Shown here one piece after another: positions 35,318 to 43,973 of a stretch of 64,000 nt of DNA. The notes under the pieces were generated by a model that was not told the DNA's origin, did not search any database, and was given only the letters and a program-made list of their open reading frames with translations. How positions within the stretch are numbered: the first letter of the stretch is position 1; each line of letters begins with the position of its first letter. Source of the DNA: an uncultured Flavobacteriales bacterium (lineage in GTDB: Bacteria; Bacteroidota; Bacteroidia; Flavobacteriales_D; JABDKJ01); the NCBI GenBank assembly GCA_964609215.1, contig CAZSQZ010000009.1, positions 16,394-80,393 of the forward strand, written 5' to 3'. The position numbers and the translations under genes were made by a program.

Positions 35318-35455
35318 CGGAAAGAGTGGGAGTCGAACCCACACGAGTCGTTATCTCCGAACGGTTTTAACTCCATATAGCGAACTCAATTGGTGTCGTT
35401 GAGTTCGCTTTGCTCAGTTCAAGGTCGTGACCACCACCAATTGGCTTGTCTTTCC
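35318..35455 (-). ncRNA. 138-nt tRNA-like RNA: perfect acceptor and T arms, Ser(UGA)-type 5' half, ~65-nt non-tRNA core
   Basis: GGAAAGA/…/GTGGG-TTCGACT-CCCAC/TCTTTCC/G. The 5' part AGCC-AATTGGTGGT-GGT and ACGAC-CTTGAAC resembles a class II D arm plus the 5' half of an anticodon arm. Internal 9-bp hairpin AGCGAACTC-13 nt-GAGTTCGCT (35379-35409), whose loop CACCAATTG is complementary to the D-loop CAATTGGTG. Confidence 0.4.
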
Positions 35456-35467
35456 AAAATCTTTTTC

Positions 35468-35500
35468 AAAAAAAAAGCACCTCACGAGGAGGTGCTTTTT
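35468..35500. terminator. symmetric A-run/hairpin/T-run element 13 nt upstream of the first array member
   Basis: A9-GCACCTC-acgag-GAGGTGC-T5. It can act as a terminator in either direction. Confidence 0.55.
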
Positions 35501-35925
35501 AAATGTCTTGATCTATTTATTTCAATCTATTTTAAATGCTTCTCCCTATAGAATTTTTTGAATTCCGGATAGAATAATCGCAGCGAACTACATCCTTGTT
35601 CTTGGACTAAGTGGGCTTGGATTATATGTTCTAATGCAATTTTCATTGTGCTTTGTTTTGTGCGCTGCAAATATTTAAACTCTTTTTCAATTATACAAGA
35701 AAAAATTAATTTAAGTTACTGATAATCAAATGTTTACGATAAATTTTTGGACATAGAAATCCCGACTCGTATTTCTCGAATTTTCTTTTTTTTCGCAATT
35801 GCCTGTCTCTCAATTGATTCATTTTTTCTATTCTATTTCAACCTTATTTTAATTTATTCATTAATTATTTTTTTCAGTGTTTTTCAATTTCATTTATTCA
35901 AGCTCTTGTTATAGAGTTTGGGACA

Positions 35926-35959
35926 TAAAAAAAGCCCGAACATTTTTAGGTTTCGGGCT
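35926..35959 (-). terminator. rho-independent terminator of the rtcB-NTase operon
   Basis: Minus strand: AGCCCGAA-11 nt-TTCGGGCT followed by T7. Confidence 0.6.
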
Positions 35960-36136
35960 TTAACAATTCAAAATATTTTATTTCTAATGCATAAAAAGCC
36001 AAAACCGATTAAGACTGAAACGCGGTTCAGATATAGATGATATTAATATATATTGTTGCTTATGCATTTGTATTCTTTCTTTGCGTCTCAAAAATATTCG
36101 TGTTTTTTTGAAACGTGCCCTATAGACGTTAGAAAT

Positions 36137-37207
36137 TTATTTTGGTTGTCTAACCCGAGCATAAAATTCAGTTCTTAAGTTTCTGAGAAGCAAGTCTATT
36201 TGGTTTTTATCAGGTGAATCTTTTAAATTGGAGAACTTAAATAATAAATCAAGTTCCTGCCTTAATTTTTCTGCTTCTTTTAGAAGATATTCATACTCGA
36301 ATTCCCCATTTTTAATTGAAAGTAAAAAATCTCGATCTTTTCTTTTTACATTAATTCTTCCTTCTAGTGCTATTTCTTTGGCCATCTTGAGAAGCCTGAA
36401 TGTATGCATAATGTTTTTCGAGTCATAGTTTTTTCCATGTTTCACAGTTGTATTGTATCTCTCTTCATTTCTATTTTCCACCCAAGCCCAATATTCTTTA
36501 TGTCTCTTACAATAGGTGGAATAGCCATCTAGATTGAAAAAGAGCATGGTAAGGGCCTTTTCTCCTTTGGGTATTGAACTTAATGCAATTTCATTGGCAT
36601 TAGAGCTATTTATAATTCCTTTGTGTTGAATTGATTTGCTGTGAAAAAGACTATAACAGTCTTTCATGTTGGCTAATTTAACAAGACCACAATCTTCTTG
36701 TCGAATATTATTGTCTTTTAAGTATCGGCTAAGAGGAACTGATTTATTATGATCTAAAACAAAGCAAAAATCAAGAACTCCTTTTTTGACTTTTGACATT
36801 GGATTAACAATTTTCTTCTCAAGTCCTCTAGCTTTTTTAATCTGAGTAAATACATAGTTAGAAAATGTTTCCTTGCAACGCTTGCTCAAGAATAGATCTG
36901 TTTTCACCTTACCAAAAATGGGGTCTTTGTGCAATATGCAACCCTCCGGAACAGACAGGAGCTCAATTATATTGGGGTTATTATTAAGGCATAATTTCAG
37001 GAACTTTCTGATTTCATAATAAACAATGTCATTGCTTGGATTATTAATTTGTTCTGTATAATCGAAAGAATACAATTGCTTTTCTGGAAGAATATATACC
37101 CCTCTAATATCCGTGTCCGAATTTGGAGTAGCTAAACCATAAGCTCTACTTCCACTGATGCACTCAAAAATGATGTGACCTGATTCTTTTAATTCCTCAA
37201 GAGTCAT
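36137..37207 (-). CDS. Pol-beta superfamily nucleotidyltransferase (RlaP-like / YcgL family), long form
   Basis: N-terminus SGSRAYGLATPNSDTDIRGV matches G-S-x(10)-D-x-D. A 4-nt overlap with the upstream paralogue. Confidence 0.7.
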   Translation of the reverse strand: MTLEELKESGHIIFECISGSRAYGLATPNSDTDIRGVYILPEKQLYSFDYTEQINNPSNDIVYYEIRKFLKLCLNNNPNIIELLSVPEGCILHKDPIFGKVKTDLFLSKRCKETFSNYVFTQIKKARGLEKKIVNPMSKVKKGVLDFCFVLDHNKSVPLSRYLKDNNIRQEDCGLVKLANMKDCYSLFHSKSIQHKGIINSSNANEIALSSIPKGEKALTMLFFNLDGYSTYCKRHKEYWAWVENRNEERYNTTVKHGKNYDSKNIMHTFRLLKMAKEIALEGRINVKRKDRDFLLSIKNGEFEYEYLLKEAEKLRQELDLLFKFSNLKDSPDKNQIDLLLRNLRTEFYARVRQPK

Positions 37208-37950
37208 GTCAGTTCATTTATAAAAAACTCATTGAATGCAGTTGGATTCAATCTTACTTTTTTCAATGAATCCTTTTTCGATTCGTTTTCAAGTACAATT
37301 GTTTTAGCCATATTTAGCAAGTCTGTATTTATAGCAACAATTCCAGCTTCAGCAGTCGAAGCCTTTAACTGAACTAAATCGAGTAAAAGTCTTGATTCAT
37401 GATCTGAAATCAATTCAAAAAGCTCGGTAAATGAAACTGGAGGGATGGTCTTATTTTTTAAAATCCAATTGGCACATAATGCAGTTCTTATGGCGTAGAA
37501 GAATTCTTTAATAGTAAATTTTCCTTCTTTCAATTTCTCATGAAATCCTTTGTTCATACTGTGAAAATGATAGAATCCAGAAACAGGATTGAAATTTTCT
37601 TTTGCAAGAGTTCGCATATTTTCGAGTGTTTCCCTGTGAGAAAAATAGACGATTGGAGAAAATAGCCAACCTAGAAACGAAGCATTGGACTTGGCCAAAA
37701 GTTTGGAGGCTTTTTGCAAATCCCATCCAACTCCATCCAAGTCTTCTTCCGTCATAAATTGAATTGTATCATCTTCTTCCCATAGACTTAAGTATTTACG
37801 AAAGTCCTTTTTGTAAACGAAACGAACGTCATAATCTGAATCGGGAGACTCAAAACCCCAGGCCCTACTTCCAGATTCAACAGCAAAAAGAATATCTACT
37901 TCCTTCGTTTTTTCTATTTCTTTGAGTTTATTTATTATTAAGTCTTTCAT
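37204..37950 (-). CDS. Pol-beta superfamily nucleotidyltransferase (RlaP-like / YcgL family), short form
   Basis: N-terminus SGSRAWGFESPDSDYDVRFV. Paralogue of the downstream gene. Confidence 0.7.
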   Translation of the reverse strand: MKDLIINKLKEIEKTKEVDILFAVESGSRAWGFESPDSDYDVRFVYKKDFRKYLSLWEEDDTIQFMTEEDLDGVGWDLQKASKLLAKSNASFLGWLFSPIVYFSHRETLENMRTLAKENFNPVSGFYHFHSMNKGFHEKLKEGKFTIKEFFYAIRTALCANWILKNKTIPPVSFTELFELISDHESRLLLDLVQLKASTAEAGIVAINTDLLNMAKTIVLENESKKDSLKKVRLNPTAFNEFFINELT

Positions 37951-37961
37951 TTTTTTTCAAT

Positions 37962-38639
37962 TTAACAGCTTTGTTCTAGTATGGTGTATGCAATAGAGAT
38001 TTTGTTAGCTTCATCTTCATTGACTTTTTCAAAATAAAGTTTCATCAAATTACTTTTCATTTTGTCTGAAGAAAGCCAATTCTGAAACACATTCTGTTGT
38101 TGTTCATTTAATCCCAAATCCGCGGGATATAAAACATATTCAACAAGTGGTTGAAATGATTCTTTATTGCGTGCTTCTTCCCAAATAATCAAAGCAGTTT
38201 CGAGATCATAATACATATGCATTATTTGAAATGCTTCCGAAATTGTTGAACTATTGAGTCTTATATTCTCTTTCCAAAGTTCTAGAAAGAATTGTTTTAT
38301 AGAGTGAATTTCTTTTGATTCCCAATTCTCCCATTTACAATAATTTAATTTTTCAAAAGTCAGAAAATCATCAATCAGGTTATATTCTTGGTCTTGAAAC
38401 AATTCTAAAATTCTGGGTAAAAAGTGCTTAAAGTCTTTTTCGTCTCCAAAAGTCGTAACCGCAGACCTAGTAAATTGACCCATGACTTTTATTGATAATT
38501 CTCTCAATGGGCCAGAAGTTAATTCGCTAATTTCTTTATCTGTAACACAACATTCACAGGACCTATCCCTCAGTCCATTTGCTAAGGGATAGGCATTGAA
38601 TACATCATACAATTGCTCTATTGCAGTTTCTAAATTCAT
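37962..38639 (-). CDS. hypothetical alpha-helical protein, translationally coupled to rtcB
   Basis: The ATG at 38639 lies 1 nt after the rtcB stop (38641-43); the ORF-track start 38696 overlaps rtcB. Contains a CECC cluster. No motif recognised. Confidence 0.5.
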   Translation of the reverse strand: MNLETAIEQLYDVFNAYPLANGLRDRSCECCVTDKEISELTSGPLRELSIKVMGQFTRSAVTTFGDEKDFKHFLPRILELFQDQEYNLIDDFLTFEKLNYCKWENWESKEIHSIKQFFLELWKENIRLNSSTISEAFQIMHMYYDLETALIIWEEARNKESFQPLVEYVLYPADLGLNEQQQNVFQNWLSSDKMKSNLMKLYFEKVNEDEANKISIAYTILEQSC

Positions 38640-38640
38640 C

Positions 38641-40047
<1,407 letters not shown>

Positions 40048-40065
40048 TCAAAGGTGTAATCTATG

Positions 40066-40084
40066 TGCGCAATAATTTTGCGTA
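40066..40084. promoter_or_regulatory. palindromic motif TGCGCAATAATTTTGCGTA in the rtcB/WYL divergent promoter region (candidate operator)
   Basis: CGCAA-N5-TTGCG. Near-identical copy at 33487-33505. Confidence 0.4.
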
Positions 40085-40111
40085 GATAATTTGAAAGCTT
40101 TAATTTTGTAT

Positions 40112-41140
40112 ATGGCTCAAAATAAAAACGCTCTGATAAGATATAAAACCATTGATAAATGTCTTCAAAATCAATATAGAAAATGGACTTTGGAGGATTT
40201 AATTGATGCTTGTTCAGATGCATTGAACGAATATGAAGGACGAGATATAAATGTAAGCAAACGAACTGTTCAGCTTGATATTCAGTTAATGAGGAGTGAT
40301 AAACTTGGATATAATGCACCCATTATTGCTTATGAACGCAAATATTATCGTTATGAAGATGAGAATTATTCAATCACGAATATTCCTCTTACAGAAAATG
40401 ATATGAGTGTATTGACAGAGACGGTTGAAATGTTGAAACAGTTCAAAGATTTTTCATTGTTTTCTGAGTTGGGTGGTATTATTCATCGTCTAGAGGACAA
40501 AATTCACACGGAGAAAACTCAAAACTCTTCAGTCATTCATTTAGAAAAGAATGAGAATCTAAAAGGCTTGGAGCATTTAGATTTGCTTTATCAAGCGATT
40601 CTAAAAAAGATTTGTTTGACATTGGATTATCAATCCTTCAAGGCTAAGTCATCGAGTAGAATCGTTTTTCATCCATTTATTTTGAAAGAGTTTAACAATC
40701 GCTGGTTCGTGGTTGGAAGAAAAGGGAAGAGTAGTCCCATCATTACTTTTGCCTTAGATAGAATAATAGCTATTGACTATAATTTAGACATTCCATATTT
40801 AAACGAAGACTTTGATAGAGATGAGTATTACAAAAACACAATTGGTGTAACCGTACTTAACGAAACGCAGCTGAGAGAAGTTGATTTGAAAATTGACAAA
40901 TACAATGCACCTTATGTTTTGACCAAGCCCTTTCACCAATCGCAAGAGGTAATAGAAACAGATAGATATGGAAACGTAACGGTCAGAATCAAAGTTCATT
41001 TGAATTTCGAATTGGAACGTCTCATACTAGGTTTTGGAGATTCAATTCAAGTTCTTAAACCTAGACAATTGAAGAATAGAATAAGAAGGAAATTAAAAAA
41101 TGCGATTGAGAATTATGAGAAGGCTAAGGAACCTCATTAA
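40112..41140 (+). CDS. WYL-domain transcriptional regulator (HTH-WYL-WCX architecture)
   Basis: N-terminal wHTH (NALIRYKTIDKCLQN…WTLEDLIDAC). Central WYL-type segment (…HPFILKEFNNRWFVVGRKG…). C-terminus …GDSIQVLKPRQLKNRI. I use ATG 40112; the ORF track uses TTG 40091. Confidence 0.75.
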   Translation: MAQNKNALIRYKTIDKCLQNQYRKWTLEDLIDACSDALNEYEGRDINVSKRTVQLDIQLMRSDKLGYNAPIIAYERKYYRYEDENYSITNIPLTENDMSVLTETVEMLKQFKDFSLFSELGGIIHRLEDKIHTEKTQNSSVIHLEKNENLKGLEHLDLLYQAILKKICLTLDYQSFKAKSSSRIVFHPFILKEFNNRWFVVGRKGKSSPIITFALDRIIAIDYNLDIPYLNEDFDRDEYYKNTIGVTVLNETQLREVDLKIDKYNAPYVLTKPFHQSQEVIETDRYGNVTVRIKVHLNFELERLILGFGDSIQVLKPRQLKNRIRRKLKNAIENYEKAKEPH

Positions 41141-41648
41141 AAAACTCGAGTTGCTTATTCAAATTCTCTGGATTTCTAACAGGGTTGTATAGGAACGGAT
41201 TCTTCATCATTATCGCGAAAGTTTGTAGTTCTTCATCATTCAATTCATTTAGTTCTTTGTCAAAATAAAATTCTGCAGCTCTTTTAAGAGAAATGTTTTG
41301 GTATAAAAAATCATATTGATGAGCTATGAAATTTAAACATTGTCTATTGTTGACTTTTTTAAGTACATGCGAAGCATATACATATTTATTGCTCAAAATA
41401 CCTCTGTTAGATGCTAAATGAAACATGGAGATCGCCCAAACGCATGGACATTCAGATTTATCCGAGTTGAATAAAGAGTATAAATGAGGGATTAATTTTT
41501 TGCTGTTGTGGTACTGATTGAAAAACTCTGCAAATCGTTCAGGAACTTCGGGAGAATTCTCTACTTCAAGGATAATTTCTTGCACTATTTTTCTATCAAT
41601 TTTTGGATTAAGATTGCTTCTTAAGAACAAAAGAAATAAAGTTAGCAT
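41124..41648 (-). CDS. GT51 transglycosylase-like fragment protein
   Basis: C-terminal half resembles the GT51 region …AAEFYFDKELNELNDEELQTFAIMMKNPFLYNPVRNPE…. The N-terminal ED..F..H catalytic motif is not seen. Confidence 0.4.
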   Translation of the reverse strand: MLTLFLLFLRSNLNPKIDRKIVQEIILEVENSPEVPERFAEFFNQYHNSKKLIPHLYSLFNSDKSECPCVWAISMFHLASNRGILSNKYVYASHVLKKVNNRQCLNFIAHQYDFLYQNISLKRAAEFYFDKELNELNDEELQTFAIMMKNPFLYNPVRNPENLNKQLEFFNEVP

Positions 41649-41791
41649 GAGCAGTACTCCCCCAATTAAACGAATTGTGGTTCTCAGCGTTTTTTTTTAG
41701 CAGGGTGTTCATTTTATTAATAGAATTAATGTACGCAGGTGTGATTGGATAAAAGATGTTTTCTTAAACGGGTAGTTTTTCGATATTGAAT

Positions 41792-42160
41792 TCAGTACAG
41801 GTGACATCCAAACAAAACCAAACCAACAATACTTACTCCAATAGCAGTAATTAGGACAGAAGCTGAAGCAATATCTTTTATTTTTCCAGCCTTTTCATGG
41901 TAATCCGGGGAAATAAAGTCAACTAAATATTCGATGGCTGTATTTATTCCCTCCATTGCAAAAATGAAAAAGATGCATAGTATAAGTATCATAAACTCCA
42001 TGAGAGAAAACTTAAGAAAGAATGCAGCGCAAATAGTCAGTAGCGCAATTATAAGGTGAATTTTGAAATTACTTTCTCTGAAAATATATGGAATACCTTT
42101 AAATGCATCTGAAAAACTCTGTTTTCTTCCTTTCAAGTACGAATCATTTGTCCTTTTCAT
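41792..42160 (-). CDS. dgkA: diacylglycerol/undecaprenol kinase family protein
   Basis: Three TM helices. NTAIEYLVD…AGKIKDIASASVL motifs. Confidence 0.75.
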   Translation of the reverse strand: MKRTNDSYLKGRKQSFSDAFKGIPYIFRESNFKIHLIIALLTICAAFFLKFSLMEFMILILCIFFIFAMEGINTAIEYLVDFISPDYHEKAGKIKDIASASVLITAIGVSIVGLVLFGCHLY

Positions 42161-42827
42161 TCATCCAACTTTTGTAATGTAAATATCCAAAATGTCTGAT
42201 GGTGAAATAAGCAATTATCAAAAAACTTGATAAGACAATAGTCATTCCCCAAGTTGCAGAGTGTTGGATAGGGTGACTGATTCTTTGAACAATGTCCAAT
42301 GCCAGTCCTTGGGGATTAGTTAGAATATCCCAGGAATTCCATCTTAAGTAGCGACCTATATAAACACCAAATCCTGCCATGAAAAGAGAAACAAGAGAAA
42401 AGCACCAGGCAATTCCCTTATTCCATCTTTTCTTAACTACTTCTTGCATATGCCACAGACTATAAAAACCTAGAATAAGTCCGTTCCAAGCGTATGAGAA
42501 TATGAGCATTAAATCGTACCAAAGTGGAATATCCTGTTTAGGTTTAAGATGAAAAATATCCGTTACTATATATGGTGCATTTGGAAAGAAGAGTAACCAG
42601 AGTGCAATTAGAGATAAAAGCATCCAGGTTTTGAATTTTTGAAACTTGTGATTTGCAATTACGGCTATAACCAAGGGGATTCCTGCCAAAATTAAATTCC
42701 ATATTAGGAATGCATAAGTAATGCTACCCGACATTTTCATTCGTGCGTAGCTGAGCACTAAACTTAATGAAATGGAGATGGATATAATGGCAATAAGCCG
42801 AGCTTCCTTTCGTATGATATCTACCAT
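42144..42827 (-). CDS. polytopic membrane protein (DUF1361-like)
   Basis: 6-7 TM helices. No catalytic motif recognised. Confidence 0.45.
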   Translation of the reverse strand: MVDIIRKEARLIAIISISISLSLVLSYARMKMSGSITYAFLIWNLILAGIPLVIAVIANHKFQKFKTWMLLSLIALWLLFFPNAPYIVTDIFHLKPKQDIPLWYDLMLIFSYAWNGLILGFYSLWHMQEVVKKRWNKGIAWCFSLVSLFMAGFGVYIGRYLRWNSWDILTNPQGLALDIVQRISHPIQHSATWGMTIVLSSFLIIAYFTIRHFGYLHYKSWMNEKDK

Positions 42828-42944
42828 GTTGCTTTAATTGGTATTTGTTCAAACGGATAAGAATGGAATTTGTGATTTGGACTTTCTTAAGGAATGTTAA
42901 AGGAACCTTTCGGAGAATTATCGTTTCAGGTATTTAAGGCCAAA

Positions 42945-43973
42945 TCAATCTTTTCTTGATTGAATGTAATTTTCCCAGCGTTCCAAGACTTTCTGCATAT
43001 CGTCTGGAATTTCTTTTTCAAACTTCATTCGTTCTCCGCTGCTTGGGTGATCAAATTCCAGGGATTTTGCATGTAAGGCCTGACGGGAAAGAATATCGAA
43101 GCAATTTTCTACAAAGCGTTTATATTTTGTGAAGATGGTTCCCTTTAAAATCTTGTCACCACCATACTCATCATCACCAAAAAGAGAATGGTTTATGTGT
43201 TTCATATGAACGCGAATCTGATGTGTTCGGCCTGTTTCTAATTTGCATTCAATGAGTGTTACATAACCTAACCTCTTGAGAACCTTATAATGGGTGACTG
43301 CATGTTTTCCATATTCCGCATCTTCAAATACAGTCATCATTTTCCTGTTTTTCAGAGAACGACCAATGTGTCCTTCAACGGTTCCATCTTCTTGAATATC
43401 ACCCCAAGCTATTGCTGCATATCTTCGATCTATAGTGCGATCAAAAAATTGTTTGGCTAAATGAGTTAAAGCATGTTCGGTTTTTGCAACTACCATTACA
43501 CCGGTAGTCTTTTTATCCAATCTATGAACTAAGCCAGGCCTTGGGCTATCAAAATCTCCTTTGTCTGGTAATTGTCCAAAATGATAAACCAAAGCATTGA
43601 CTAAAGTTCCAGTATAATTCCCATAACCAGGGTGCACTACAATACCTGCTTGCTTATTGAGAACGATTAGATCATTATCCTCATAGAGTATTTCTATAGG
43701 TATATCTTCTGGAATCAACTCAATTTCACGAACAGGATAGGGGAGTACTATGGAAATATCGTCACCTGGTTTTATTTTAAAATTGGGTTTAACTGCTTTA
43801 TTATTGACTTTAATCCCTCCATTGTAAGCAACCGCTTGCAATTTTGTTCTGGAAGTATTTGGAATACGATCCATTAAAAATTTGTCAATACGCAGCGGTT
43901 CCTGTCCAGGATCTGCTTTTAATTTGTAATGTTCAAAGAGTTCTTCTTCGTTATGCTCTTGCTTATCTGACAA
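42945..43973 (-). CDS. rluD: RluA-family 23S rRNA pseudouridine synthase with N-terminal S4 domain (RluD-type)
   Basis: S4-like RIDKFL…SRTKLQ and the catalytic HRLDKKTTGVMVVAK. Confidence 0.85.
   Translation of the reverse strand: MSDKQEHNEEELFEHYKLKADPGQEPLRIDKFLMDRIPNTSRTKLQAVAYNGGIKVNNKAVKPNFKIKPGDDISIVLPYPVREIELIPEDIPIEILYEDNDLIVLNKQAGIVVHPGYGNYTGTLVNALVYHFGQLPDKGDFDSPRPGLVHRLDKKTTGVMVVAKTEHALTHLAKQFFDRTIDRRYAAIAWGDIQEDGTVEGHIGRSLKNRKMMTVFEDAEYGKHAVTHYKVLKRLGYVTLIECKLETGRTHQIRVHMKHINHSLFGDDEYGGDKILKGTIFTKYKRFVENCFDILSRQALHAKSLEFDHPSSGERMKFEKEIPDDMQKVLERWENYIQSRKD

Noticed and set aside
35012-35380. Plus-strand ORFs of 122 aa (35012..35380) and 60 aa (35188..35370) in the ORF track.
   Set aside because: They lie entirely antisense to the tRNA array (Tyr, Cys, Ser-like, 138-nt RNA). 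The translations are low-complexity with no motifs. The open frames are a by-product of GC-richer structured RNA genes.
35318-35455. tRNA-Sec (selC) identity for the 138-nt RNA, whose ends GGAAAGA…GGTTCGACTCC…TCTTTCCG and G73 resemble selC as I remember it.
   Set aside because: There is no UCA anticodon in a 7-nt loop and no 8/5- or 9/4-type acceptor/T geometry. The length is far beyond tRNA-Sec, and no selA/selB/SECIS context is present.
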